Below, piece by piece: positions 24,702 through 37,300 of a stretch of 64,000 bases of DNA (the stretch's first letter is position 1; each line of letters begins with the position of its first letter). Origin of the DNA: Cetorhinus maximus (lineage: Eukaryota). The stretch covers positions 40,610,001 to 40,674,000 of the forward strand of contig NC_135896.1 in the NCBI RefSeq assembly GCF_964194155.1, given 5' to 3'. The notes beneath the pieces are model-generated. The model saw nothing but the letters and a program-made list of their open reading frames with translations, was not told where the DNA came from and made no database searches. Made by a program: the position numbers and the translations under genes.

Positions 24702-25510
24702 TAGCCTTTATCTTGTTTAAGATTAGAGCTTCGTGCTGGTTTTTAAATTGAACCACTCATAAGTTAAAATGGGGCTACATACAAGCACACACAAATTCTT
24801 AGCTCAAGGACCACTTCGAGGAAACATCTTTTACATGGTAATGACAACTGGGGTCTCAAGTTGAGCATTGCACCCGTTGCAAAATGAGCCAAAGCCAAAT
24901 TTGTGCTAAAATCTGGGATTTAATCTGTTGTGAAAAGAGAGAAATTTTGAACTGAAAGTAGAAGGGAACAAGAGTCCTAATTGCTTGAAACCAAATTGTT
25001 CAAAACCAAACCAGAAGTTACAGCAGCAAGCTTTGTTTTGTAGAGCACAAACAATAAATTAAGATGGCAACTTTTGTCGCACAGGAGTTTTATCAATCAG
25101 GAGGGTTTAAATTGACAAAAGTTAACATCCTTAGACAGAGAGCAACTAAAAGCCACTGCTCAGCAGGTCAGGCTTAGGATCCCCAGTGAAACAGGAATTC
25201 CTGAAAATGCTGACTGAGCATTTTGAATTCAATCCAGAGCCAGAACAGGCAGCAGAAGCTGAACCAGGATCAGACTGGGTTATTTTAGCCAAAACAGAGC
25301 TGGAAAGGCTGTAGTTGGAGCTACAATTTCAGGAAAAAGAAAAAGAGTAACAAGCTTTAAAAGAAAGGGAAGAAAGACTAGCTCCAGAAAAGGAGATGGA
25401 GCTTGGAGCCTGGGACAAAGAAAAGAGCTAGAGCTTCAGGTCCAAAAAGAAAGGGAAGAAAGACTAGCTTGAGAAAGAGAAAATGAAGCTAGATCTTCAA
25501 ACCCAGGAAG

Positions 25511-25760
25511 AAAGGGAGCAGAGAGAGGAGAAAGGGAGCAGAGAGAGGAGGAAGGGAGCAGAGAGAGGAGAAAGGGAGCAGAGAGAGGAGAAAGGGAGCA
25601 GAGAGAGGAGTAAGGGAGCAGAGAGAGGAGAAAGGGAGCAGAGAGAGGAGAAAGGAAGCAGAGAGAGGAGTAAGGGAGCAGAGGGAGGAGTAAGGGAGCA
25701 GAGAGAGGAGAAAGGGAGCAGAGAGAGGAGAAAGGGAGCAGAGAGAGGAGAAAGGGAGAG
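25511..25760 (+). repeat. Purine-rich 20-bp minisatellite (aaagggagcagagagaggag, about 12 copies) in the gag coiled-coil region
   Basis: Directly visible tandem units with few substitutions. Confidence 0.95.
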
Positions 25761-25914
25761 AAGAATTTCCAGCTACAGAAGTTGGAATTGGAGCTAAAAG
25801 CACAAAGAGGTAAGAGACCAAAGGCAGCTTGAAGCTGCTAGGGAAAATCTCACTCTGCCTAACAATAGTCCAAATTCCTGTAACCATGAAACAGGCCTCA
25901 AAGCCCTAAAATTC

Positions 25915-26816
25915 ACAATCACAGTGCAGAAGAGGCCCTTCGGCCCATTGAGTCTGCACCGACACGTGAGAAACACCTGACCTACCTACCTAATCCCACT
26001 TACCAGCACTTGGCCAATAGCCTTGAATGTTATGACGTGCCAAGTGCTCATCCAGGTACTTTTTAAAGGATGTGAGGCAACCCACCTCCACCACCCTCCC
26101 AGGCAACGCATTCCACCCTCTGGGTAAAAAAGTTTTTCCTCACATCCCCCCTAAGCCTCATGCCCCTCACCTTCAACTTGTGTCCCCTCGTGACTGACCC
26201 TTCAACTATGGGGAACAGCTGCTCCCTATCCACCCTGTCCATACCCCTCATAATCTTGTACACCTCGATCAGGTCGCCCCTCAGTCTTCTCTGCTCCAAC
26301 GAAAACAACCCAAGTCTAACCAACCTCTCTTTATAACTTAAATGTTTCATCCCAGGCAACATCCTGGTGAATCTTCTCTGCACCCCCTCCAATGCAATCA
26401 CATCCTTCCTATCATGTGGCGACCAGAACTGCACACAGTACTCCAGCTGTGGCCTCACCAAGGTTCTATACAACTCCAACATGACCTCCCTACTTTTGTA
26501 ATCTATGCCTCGATTGATAAAGGCAAGTGTCCCAAATGCCTTTTTCACTACCCTACTAACATGCCCCTCTGCCTTCAGAGATCTATGGACACACACGCCA
26601 AGGTCCCTTTGTTCCTCAGAACTTCCTAGTGTCATGCCATTCATTGAATACTTCCTTGTCAAATTACTCCTTCCAAAGCATATCACCTCACACTTTTCAG
26701 GGTTAAATTCCATCTGCCACTTATCTGCCCATTTGACCTTCCCATCCATATCTTCCTGTAGCCCAAGACACCCAATCTCACTGTTAACCACCCGGCCAAT
26801 CTTTGCGTCATCCACT
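25915..26816 (-). mobile_element. Young CR1 LINE 3' fragment (RT C-terminus plus 3' UTR)
   Basis: 250-aa ORF DDAKIG..LQEDMD..KWADKWQMEFNPEKCEVI..RDLGV..LYRTLVRPQLEYCVQFWSP..VQRRFTRMLPGM. Confidence 0.95.
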
Positions 26817-26937
26817 TAAATGAAATTTAAATTCCACCAGCTGCCTTGGTGGGATTTGAACCTGTGCCACCAGGGCTTTTGTCTGGGCTGTTGGATTACT
26901 AGACCAGTGACATTACCACAATGCCACTGTCTCCTCC
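26817..26937 (-). mobile_element. tRNA-derived SINE head fused to the 5' end of the CR1 fragment
   Basis: Minus strand has an A box (gtggcattgtggtaatg) and a B box (ggttcaaatccc). Same family as 545-632. Confidence 0.8.
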
Positions 26938-29604
26938 AAATTCTCCGAATTTGTTCCCAAGTTCAAAAAGGGAGATGCAGAATCCTTCTTTATTGTTTTC
27001 GAGAAAGTAGCAGATCAGCTATATTTACCCCAGGAAGTGTGGACGCTGCTGATGATCCAGAGTCAGTTCATAGGAAAAGCCCAAGCGATCTTTTCCACAC
27101 TGTCCCATGATTTGACTGCTGATTACAAATAGACTAAGGATGCAATCCTGGGTACCTATGAACTTGTGCCAAAGCATATCATCAGCAATTCCGAAGTTCA
27201 CATAAGAAACTCATGCAGACATATCTGTAATTTGAATGTCAAAACAGTTTGTGTTTGACCAATGGGTGCACTCTTCGAAGATAGTGTACTTACGATGGAA
27301 TAAGAGAATTGGTGTTGTTAGAGGAGTTAAAAAGTTGCCTCCCTTAAAATGCACCTTGAGGAACTAAAGGCTACCTCAGCATGAGGAGCTGCTGTGAAGG
27401 CTAAGGATTATGAATTGACTCACAGATCCCTGAACCCCTGAATCACAGCAGGCATTGGACAAATCAGCAGGGAAAAGATGAGGGAGAGGAAGTAGATCCC
27501 AAGGGAAAAGAGAATGGAGAAAAATGGGGAAACCAATCTCCAACTTTGAAACAAAAGAATGTAAAAGACAGGACCATACCCTGACTATTTTAATTATGGT
27601 AAACAGGGCCATATTAAAGAACACCAGGGGCATACAAAGAAAGCCACAGGCAGTATTTCAACATAGCCCATATCCGTAATCATTAAAATTCTAACCCTTT
27701 GTGCAAATACATAGGGATGCACAGAAAACTACCAGGATTTCGTGCATAAAGGGGTAATGGCCCCTAGTGGTTGCAAAGAACCAGGAAAGGAGATTAACAT
27801 ACTCTGGGACACTGGTTGTTTACAGACACTGCCAACGGGGAGAATTGAGGATTTCCCCACACAGAAGCAGGACAAATTCCAGAGCGATAGTCAAAGGACT
27901 AACTAGAGAAGGTGTTCCATTAGTGAAAATTCACTTATAAGAGTAAACTCATTACCGGGCTGTGATGGTGGGTGTAATCTCATACTTGCCCATGCAGGGG
28001 TCAACCTATTACTAGGAAATGACCTTGCAGGCTGGAAGATATTACCTCCTGAAATTAAGAACAGTGTGGTGAGGCTGGACAAACTGCAGGATTTTAGCAG
28101 GATTTGTGTACAGACAGTTGAAAAAGGAACCGAAGCCATACAGGGGGGTGACTCAAACTATGAAGGTTGAAATGGCTCAGCAAAAGCCCACCGAAGTAAA
28201 TAGGCACCAGGGATATCTCCAAAAGACAGTAAGGGAGAGGCCTCTCTTAGTTGAAGAACCTGAGGGAAGTCCCTTGAACATTAAAAGGGCTGAAGCCAAG
28301 CCAAGTGAGTGGAAAGAGGTAGAAAAGGGATCAAAAGCAATTCTAAATCAAAATCCATCCCAGAAAGAATTGTGACCCCAGAGTGACCCTAAAGAGTTAA
28401 TGGCAGCTAACACTGAATCAAATGGACATGTCTGTGCTGAGACAGCACAGAGGTTAACCACACCCATCAGTTTGGAGTCTCAGAATACAGCTGCAAAAGT
28501 AGAAGTCACTGAACTCAGTTCAAAACATGACTTCGATAAACTAATTTGTGAGTTAAGGGGCAGACTCAAACTTTTAGAGAGAAAAGCGAAATCTCACAAC
28601 ATAGAAGCTGTCGACCCAGCTCGAAAAGAATTGAATAAAATCCTGAGTGGAATGAGGAAAAACTGAGAGATTTAAAAACGTTCAAAGAACAAACCAGAAA
28701 GAGTATTAAACCTCTTTGCTCGAGCATAAAAAGCATCTTAATGATGTTCTACTACAGCAAAAAAGGACTTTGATCAAAGCAGGGACAAGTTATTGGCACA
28801 GAAAGGGGCCATTGCCAACTTACTATCTCAAAGGGGGAGTTTAAAAGGTTTAATTCTGGGAAGAAAACAAGAAACGTTTCCAGGTGAAGAAATAGTAATT
28901 GATTTAGCTTCACAGTTGCCTGGTACCATTTTTTGTAGGCTTCAGCGATGAGAAAGCGACAGATGGAGAGTTCAGTGAAGCTCCAAAGTTAAAATTGGTG
29001 CAAACTGTTGCAAAAATCAGGAAAAAGAGAAGGAAGAGAATCCCCAGATAAAACCTAACTGGAAAATGTAACAGGTAAGCTGTATTGCATCAACTATTTG
29101 TCTCTGTGTAAAACAATGTGCATTCCTTTATCTTTTGTTTCCTCAAAGTATTTCTGTAAAAATTGAATATTTCCACTTTTTCTGCAAGGGGGGGGGAGGT
29201 ATGTCATGAACGTGTAGTTGTGATATCCTAGATTTTGTAAGAAAGCGAATCTTTCTTTTAAATGGACACTAGGAACCTTAAAAATGGCTGCCAAAACTAA
29301 CATGACCTTTTACAACTGCAATGTTTGTCAAGCTTCTGGAAGGCTCCAAGTGGATTGCAGATAGTCACATCCAGGCATGTGAAGACATTTGGAATTCAAT
29401 GCGCATTTCCACAAGGGGAAACAGAAACCCACTGACAATGGCTTCCCTGGAGGTGTGAATAGCTCTTTCCTATCTCATTGAACCTGGAAGAATGGGAGCT
29501 ATTTAAGTTAATGGCTGAGACATTTAAAAGGTTAATTACATCAGCTAAAAGGCAATGGATGGGACCATGCCCAGACCTGGGCTAAACCAGTAACTAATAT
29601 GGAA

Positions 29605-29690
29605 CAAAAACAAAAGTAGCTGGAAAAACTCAGCAGGTCTGACAGCATCTGCGGAGAGGAATACAGTTAACGTTTCGAGTCCGATATGGA
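29605..29690 (-). mobile_element. Very short Penelope-like 3' terminus inserted in the 3' LTR
   Basis: Absent from the 5' LTR at the equivalent site (catatggaagc). Flanked by duplicated atatggaa. Confidence 0.85.
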
Positions 29691-29959
29691 ATATGGAAGC
29701 ATGATTTGTCAGTTTAGGACAGAACCATTTTGAGTTTGGAAATGTATAAAATCGAGCTGAGAACAACCATTTTGTGCAGAACCCCAGGAAGAGCTCGGAG
29801 AGACATCATCCGAGAGGATGCTTGGCCAAGGGGGTGGCGCGATGGTGGGGTAGGGCAAAGAGGAAAGTATTTAGAAGGAGGCCAGGCAATCTGCAAGTGC
29901 CACAACTGCAGAACTAGTGAGGAACAAGAAACCTCATGGATCACTTTGATGAAACACCT

Positions 29960-30230
29960 TTCTCGTTGTCATGTCATCCAACAGATGGTTGGTACTTGAT
30001 GTGCTTTGGTCCTGATAGAGATGATGCCAGGTGTGGACAAGATTTGGCTGTTGATGTGAACCCAATCTCCAATTTAAAATTGTGGCCTCCTTGCGCTTGT
30101 CTGCTTGTTAAAGTAGGCTTTTGCTTTACCCTGTCACTTTGTAATTTTTTTGCTTTCGCTCTGACATTCTCGCTGGATAGCGGTGATGGTTTCAGAATGG
30201 TCAGCGGCATGCAAAAGTTATGACCAAAAA
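29960..30230 (-). mobile_element. Possible degraded Gypsy integrase C-terminal fragment
   Basis: One minus frame reads KAYFNKQTSARRPQF*IGDWVHIN, resembling the post-integrase K.YFD....R..F..GD.V motif. Confidence 0.35.
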
Positions 30231-30504
30231 AGAGCAAACAGCTGAAGATAGGAAGGGAAACAATTGTGGATTGGACAAGGTCTATTATTGCTGTTTCAGT
30301 GTTGCCAGAACCCACTAGGTGATGGGAGCCCTGGCCAGAATATACTTCCATCATGTAGCTATTGAGCTGCAGAAAAGCTCCCATCCCTTTAAGGTATGAG
30401 ATCCCGTCTCCAAGTGCTGCTGGCCAATTAGAGGGTCAACAGCTCTTCAGTAACAGCAGTGTCACTGGGAGCGGAGCACATGCACAAAAGAGCTGAACTT
30501 CCGA

Positions 30505-31600
30505 GGTGAGGTGAGAGTGACTGCCTTTGGCATCAAGGCAGCATTTGACCAAATGTGACATTGAGGAGCCCTAGCAAAACTGGAGTCAATGGGAATCATG
30601 GGGAAAACTCTCCACTAATTGGAGTCATACCTAGCACAAAGGAAGATAGTTGTGCTTGTTGGAGGTCAATCATCTCTGTCCCTGGACATCACTGCAGGAG
30701 TTGCTCAGTGTAGTGTCCCAGACCCAACCATCTTCAGCTGCTTCATCAATGACCTTCCCTCCATCGTAAGGTCAGAGTGGGGATGTTCGCAGATGATTGC
30801 ACAATGTTCAGCATCGTTCGAATCTCCTCAGATACTGAAGCAGTCCATGTCCAAATGCAGCAAGACCTGGACAACATTCAGGCTTGGGCTGATAAGTGGC
30901 AAATAACATTCATGTCATTCAAGTGCCAGGCAATGACCATCTCCAACAAGGGATAATCCAACTATCTCCACTTGACATTCAATGACATTACCATCGCTGA
31001 ATCCCCCGCAATATCAATATCCTGAGGGTTACCATTGACCAAAAGCTGAACTAGACCAACCATAAAAATACTGTGGCTACAAAAGCAGGTCAGAGGCTGG
31101 GAATTCTGCAGCGAGTAACCCACCTCCTGACTCCCCAAAGCCCACCATCACCTACAAGGCACAAGTCAGGAGTGTGATAGAATACTCTCCACTTGCCTGG
31201 ATGAGTGTAGCTCCAACTCAAGAAGTTCGACACCATCCAGGATAAAGCAGCCTGCTTGATTGGCACCCCATCCACCGCCTTCCACATCTACTCCCTTCAC
31301 CACCGCTGCACAGTGGCAGCACAGCGCAGCATCTCACTAAGGCTCCTTTGACATCACCTTCCAAACCTGCAAACTCTGCCAACTAGAAGGATGGGAACAC
31401 TGCCACCTGGAAGTTCCCCTCAAGCCATGCACCACCCTGGCTTGGAAATACATTGCTGTTCCTTCACTGTTGTTCGATCAAAATGCTGGAACTCCCACCC
31501 TAACAGCACTGTGGGTATATTTACACCACAGGGACTGCAGCAGTTCAAGAAGGCAGCTCACCACCACCTCCTCAGGGCCAATTAGGGATGGGCCATAAAA
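30505..31600 (+). mobile_element. CR1-like LINE RT fragment with 3' end
   Basis: IKAAFD.., ESYLAQRKIVVLVGGQSS..DITAGVAQCSV.DPTIFSCFINDLPSIVRSE..FADDC, YKAQVRSV.EYSPLAW. The 3' end reads cagttcaagaaggcagctcaccaccac..gggcaattagggatggg. Confidence 0.85.
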
Positions 31601-31847
31601 ACGCTTATCTAGCTGCGGAACCTCCCAGCTTAGTCTCTGAGCCCCCGTAAAATCCTGGCTATGGAGTTCAGTGGATTTCTTATAATCATATTAAGGAGAC
31701 ATGGTTGCAAGCTGACCAAGGTTGGGAAATAATATTCCAGGGTACTTGGCCTTTCGAAAAGACAGAGCATACAGTTGGACACAGTTACTAATGCATCAAT
31801 AATTTTATACCTTCAACATCTGGAGTGCCTATCAGGTACCACACTAT

Positions 31848-32536
31848 GGTTGAATTTTATCAACCCCCTGGAGATGGGTTGGGAGATGGGAGGCCTTATA
31901 AAATGGTATGGTACCAGAAGGTGTTGGGGGAGGGAGCCTGAGGTCTTCCTGTCATCATGGGATATTACCAGTGGCAGGAACCTTGGCGGCAGAGTTGCCT
32001 GCAGGGTAGCCAATTAAGTGGCCAACTCAGGGCCACTTCCTGCCCCACCAGCACTTAACTACTAACAGGAGAGGCCGCTGCCATGTGGGGAGGCAGCCAG
32101 GTAAACCCTGGTGGCCTCCCAGTGTGTTCATGATGGGGAGGGTGGCTTTCCTTAATAGCCACTCCATGGCTCATACAAAGGCCCTCCCAGAAGAAATGAC
32201 TATCCTTGAGGCTATGGCACCACTGCTGGAAGGTGCACCCCTCCATGATCACCCGCCTGGCCCTGACATGGGGGTGTCTCAAGGTAGAGGTTTTTCTTAA
32301 TCCTGAAGCCTCAGCATCAGCCTCCCTTATCAGTGGCTCTGCCAACTGGCTGCCAAGGTGCCGGCCCTCTGATTGGGTCAGCAGAGCTGGGAGGTGGGCC
32401 ACTGTCCTGAATCAGTGACTTAATTGGCCACTGCTGGTGAAATGCTGCACAGGATCCAACTGCCCAATCCTGGGGGCCTGGGTCCCATTTTCAGTCCTGG
32501 TGGCAGCACAACTTACCTTCGAATTAAGTTCTGGCC
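31848..32536. mobile_element. Old Harbinger-type MITE
   Basis: ggttgaattt / aagttctggcc ends, tat/aat flanks, and internal aattaagtggcc / cttaattggcc motifs. Confidence 0.5.
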
Positions 32537-33761
32537 AATGAGTTGCTAAGCCCATGTAGCTACTTGTTTTTATGCATGATATGGTCAGTGCCATTTCTAA
32601 GCTTTTTCAAACACATGTCAGCTTTTTTGAAGCTGTTTTGCTATGCTGCGACATCAGGATGCATAAGCGACTAATTTTAGCTATGGCCAATAGCCTGCAT
32701 ACATTTACTCACTCAGCTCAAAGACATATATAAGGGCACTTTTATGAGGTACCAGTGTGCTGTTTATGTTGGTGGAATTGTACAACAACATGAATGTTCT
32801 CCATCTTTATAACAGTAACTATACCCTTCAGTAGCAGTTTATTGGTTGTAAAATGCATTGGGAGGTTGTGAGGTGGTAAAAGGTACTATATGAATGTAAA
32901 TTTATCTGACCTTCAGGAAAAATATGGAATAAATTAGTTAAAAAACAGCAATGAAGAAAAGGTAGGAGATAAATTTATAATCATCATACCCCTTAAGTCG
33001 AGTTTTTCTTGTACTTTTAAGATGAGTCATGATTTAGTTTGAAAGTGGTTACATGCTCTCACATTTCCTGATAGTTTTGTCTGTCAGATAGTCATTACCA
33101 GCTTAGGAAGCACAAAGATAAGCCTCTCTAATTTTAGAATGCATGATGTAAATATGAAATACACAAGAGGATACACTAATAATGATATCATGATTCATAA
33201 TAAAAATGTAATAACTTGTACCATTACACAAGAGCTGCTCATGTGTTACTGCTGTGGTCACAGTTTGCATCTCAGCAGTGGTTGACATTGAGTTCTGTTG
33301 GCTCCTTGTACGATTATCCTGTCACTTGTCAGGCAGGTGGCTGGGAAACACAGTTGACACAAGTTGAGATAACCACCTAAAGGGAATAGTGACGTTTGAC
33401 CCTCTCATCCTTGTAACAAGTGAGCCTCCTGTTAACTTAAAAAGTGTCACTGGCAAAAAATGCTTTGGATAAATCTAAATAAAATAATGCTACATTGCTG
33501 CTGATTTTGTTAATATGCTGTGAGTTGGGGGAAGACAATTGGCTATAATTAGAAAAAAAAAACAAAAAAGGAATGATTTTGAAAAGGATCAATTCAGGTG
33601 GCATAAAAGCTTAATTATAGAGATACAATCTACTCGTCTTGGTGCTTTTGATACAGACCTTCGCAAAGAAAATCACCTCCAAAGTTGTAAGAAAATGCAA
33701 CAATGACAATAAAATGATCTTCTGCATTCAGGTTGGAAACTTTTATTCTGATTTTTACATT

Positions 33762-34330
33762 GGGTAAAATTTTTAGCTTGGTGGGCGGGCGTGTGCCCAA
33801 TCCGCTTGAGTGTAAAATGATGTGTGTTGACGTTAGCCGAGCGTTGGAGTTGGCATTGTGCCCGCTGACAATTAAAAGGCCTATTAAGGCCATTAAAAAG
33901 TTAATTAAAATAAATTTTTCGCTGCCCATCCAACCTTATGGTTGGCAGGTAGGCAAAAAGGCCAAGTGGCCTTTGCGCTTATTTGGAAACCTCATCCACG
34001 GGCAGGATGAGGTTTCCAAAAGCAAATAAAAATAAAATAAAAACTTTTACTTTTTCATTATTAACATGTCCTTGCTCATGTGACAGAATCACATGAGCGG
34101 GGACATATTTCATTACATTTATAAAGTCTTTATTTTTAAAAAAATGAGTTCATCTCCCTGAGGCAGCTCTGTGCCTGAGCGCTGAGCGCTGAAGCTCATG
34201 TTTCACGCTTGGCTGGCCTTAATTGGCTCGCCAGTGTGAAATCACTGTCCGGCCCCAATTGAGGGCGGCGGTCAGCTTCCCGACTGCCCCTGCCCTGCCG
34301 AGCCCACCCGACAAGGGCAGCATTCTGCCC
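33762..34330 (+). mobile_element. Harbinger MITE related to the ends of the large element
   Basis: gggtaaaattt / cattctgccc ends with att/ata flanks. The left part parallels 17120-17400 and the right end parallels 22130-22268. Confidence 0.85.
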
Positions 34331-37300
34331 ATAGTGAAAATAATTCAAGCTGACCCATGAGGAACTGGTTTTCCAAAGTGTTGTTCAACGGTCACATCAA
34401 TCTAGTATGGTACAATGGTTTGAAAAGCACCGCCCCATTCCTTTTTCTGATAATGCTACTATTAAGAGGGGAGCAAAATAGGAAACAATGCTTGGTTTAT
34501 GGTGTAACAAATATCCAAGCTGGAGTATAATTTATCATTATTAAACACAGTTAAAGCTATAATTATTAAATACACAAAGCCTCAACCCACCTAATGGCTA
34601 TTTAATGAACATTGATTATTCGCCACAAAACTTTATTCATGACATGGGCCTGGCAGAAAGGTTCAAAGAGTACCTTAAATTCTGTGACCTGAAGGACACC
34701 TAATTTCACAAACTAACTTTTCCTTCTTACATTTACCAGCTGACCTGAGATGTTTGACACTAGACTACAAGTTTTTTTTGTAATTAAAATCAGTTGCACA
34801 GTAAGTTTATTTGGTTATAGTGCAATACCAGCTATTGTTAAAACTAGATGCATATTTAAACACTAATCAACTCTTAATTGGCTGTCATTTTAACAGTTAT
34901 GTTGAAGGACAAGTAAGGATGTGATAATATAATTTTATTAACAACATAATTATTTCAAAATAACTTAAAATATCCATATTCATAATTTATCTTAATATTT
35001 CAGGCAATAGAAATATTTTCGGTTTGAGTTAAACAGTTTGACTCTTCATTCATCATAATTACAATGAAATCATGGCTTATGATGTTACTGCTCTGGAAAA
35101 ATGGATTACCACGATTTTCATGGGTTTAGATGTCTTGATATCTATGTAATATGACATCATGACATCTTGAGGCATAAACATATTTATTGCCATAAATTAC
35201 GTACACAAATAATCTGCTGGGTTCACACTGAGCAAACATTAGAGTGCTTTCATGTGGGCAGATCACAGAAGTGCTGAACTTGCTGACAAGCCAACTGAAA
35301 TTGAAAATAGCTGTGAAATCTATATTTTCAAAGAGTTGAAATGACAGTGTTCATGAGAGCAAAATCAAGTAATCACAATTCAAGGCTGGCACAGGAACCA
35401 CAACATTTTCTGTATGAGGGAGAACAGATTAATCTGCCTGCAACAAAAGGGAAGAAATATTGATCTGGTCATTGACCTTGTTTTGAAGTTTGTAAGACAT
35501 GTAAAGTAACAGTAATATTAGCAACATAAATTGCACTTTAGAATTCATTGTTGGAAGATAGCTGACTAGGGAGCTAATCAGTCTTCACTGAAATACAATA
35601 GTTTTATAGGACTTTAGCTACTCTGTTTTATACTACCCATGTGCATTCACTTTAACTAGTACCCAATTCCATCATGTCTCTAGTTTAACAGATGGCACAA
35701 ACTAATGAAAAGGCCTTTTTTAATTAGTCCGTCTAAAGATATTTATTCATGTTGGAGGTCTTTCCCCATAAAGTTTCATTGACCAGGTTTAGGGCTGTCA
35801 GCTTCCAGCAGTCACCATCTGCTTAGTGGCAGAAACTGGCTGCTGGAACAGTCTTTGCATTTCCACTTCACTGAGCTGGAAATGAGTTTGAGGTTATATC
35901 TTTCTCGTCATCTTGGAAAATCCTGAATTATGCCCATGGCAATACTTTTACAAGTGGATATTTTTTATTATTCAGCCGGACAGAAAATTCAGTGCAATGA
36001 CTGCAGTCCTTTGCTGGAACTTTTTCTGATGAATTATACATCAACAGATATTGCTTGTAGATTAGCAGTTAATAAAAAAAAAGTCCTACAAACACCTTTG
36101 CGCCCCACTACACTGCTTTTTGTATGGTCCCAAAGAGAGTTTGGGAATTGGATTGGGTCTGTTCCGCTTTCACTGTTCATATTTTTGCCTGCTGTCAAAG
36201 GATTACAACTATATAAAAATTGGCAAAATGTAGATGGACTGCACAAAAGGATGCACCAACAGCTTGCATTTATATAGCATCTTCAATCCTGTGAAGTGCC
36301 CTAAGGCATTTCATATGTGCATTATCAGACAATATTTGATATGAAACCATCAGATGCAAATCAACACTAAACTAAAATGTGCACATGTAAGACATATGTG
36401 GTTTATTCCCAATAACAATGCATTCAACGTACAAGTATGCAGATTATCAGTTTAAAAAAAATCTCTTGAATTGACTCATAATTCTCTCCCACCCCTACCA
36501 ATCATTTTGGAAAGAGTGCCAGAGGTAGTAAGAATCTACCTGATGATGTTATGTAAAGTACACCGGATCGGCAAAAAAAAAGCAAAAGATTTAGCTAAGT
36601 TCATTTTTAACATAAACAGATCTTCCAATATAGAACACATATGATGAGAATGGATGGTTAAAGCAAACACAAATGAATTAACTCTTGTTGTTTGTTAAAA
36701 AGCCTCTGAATGAGGGTTGGCCATGGTGTAAGGTATTGAATGTAAACCAGTGATTTGCAACAAGTATGTACATAATGCTGAACCTGGCGAAAGTGAATTT
36801 GTTATCCTGTTGCTGCACATCTGTCATTTCTTTGTTGTAGCAAATAAGATTTGAAAAAAATATTTTAAAATCTTCTCTTTGGCTCTTTGTTTCCCTTTAT
36901 TGTTTTACATTTTCTGATATCTACCAACAGTTTTGAGCCAACAAAAGAAACAATGGATTGCTGCCATGTTCTCGTTTTATCGCTGCTCTGCAGTCTTCGG
37001 CTTCTTATGCTGTTGTTATGCTGCCAACTGAGTGCAGATTTATTCCAGTATCAGCATGAATCCATCAGCAAATTGGAAGTGCAACAACAGAGTAAGCCGA
37101 TTCTCCCTGAATCAATGTCCCGTTACGTTTCCTGTCAGCCCTAGAAAAACAGAGTCTGAGTGCATGTTCATGTTATGGCACCTCCAGTGTAGCAGGTGGA
37201 ATTGGCATAATGTCAATGTACTTCTTTCAGCCTGGTTACCAGCAGAAGGCCTATCCCACCAGTACACCCAAATGGTAACTATAATGAATACGGAAATCTG

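Larger units (their letters stand above)
25064..28040 (+). pseudogene. Gypsy gag plus aspartic protease, disrupted
   Basis: FVPKFKKGDAESFFIVFEKVADQL..PQEVWTLL.IQSQFIGKAQAIFSTLS..ADYK*TKDAILGTYELVP (SCAN-related capsid). Degenerate knuckle YFNYGKQGHI. Protease motifs ILWDTGCLQT and GVNLLLGNDLAG. Confidence 0.85.
23416..29930 (+). mobile_element. Non-autonomous Gypsy LTR retrotransposon (5' LTR 23416-24846; 3' LTR from 29202, truncated near 29930)
   Basis: Direct repeats start (t/c)gtca..gaacgtgt. The 5' LTR ends atgaca, followed by a degenerate tRNA-Pro-like PBS (actggggtctc). PPT aagggggggggaggta at 29186-29201. Confidence 0.9.

Noticed and set aside
25483-25887. Repeat ORFs and a CRISPR-like periodic appearance
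   Set aside because: Plain 20-bp tandem repeat without unique spacers, in a eukaryotic context.
26817-26937. tRNA gene
   Set aside because: Has A/B boxes but no full cloverleaf and belongs to a dispersed SINE family.
37038-37096. Possible micro-exon (cag|ATTTAT...AACAGA|gtaagc)
   Set aside because: No polypyrimidine tract, no recognisable peptide and no partner exons.
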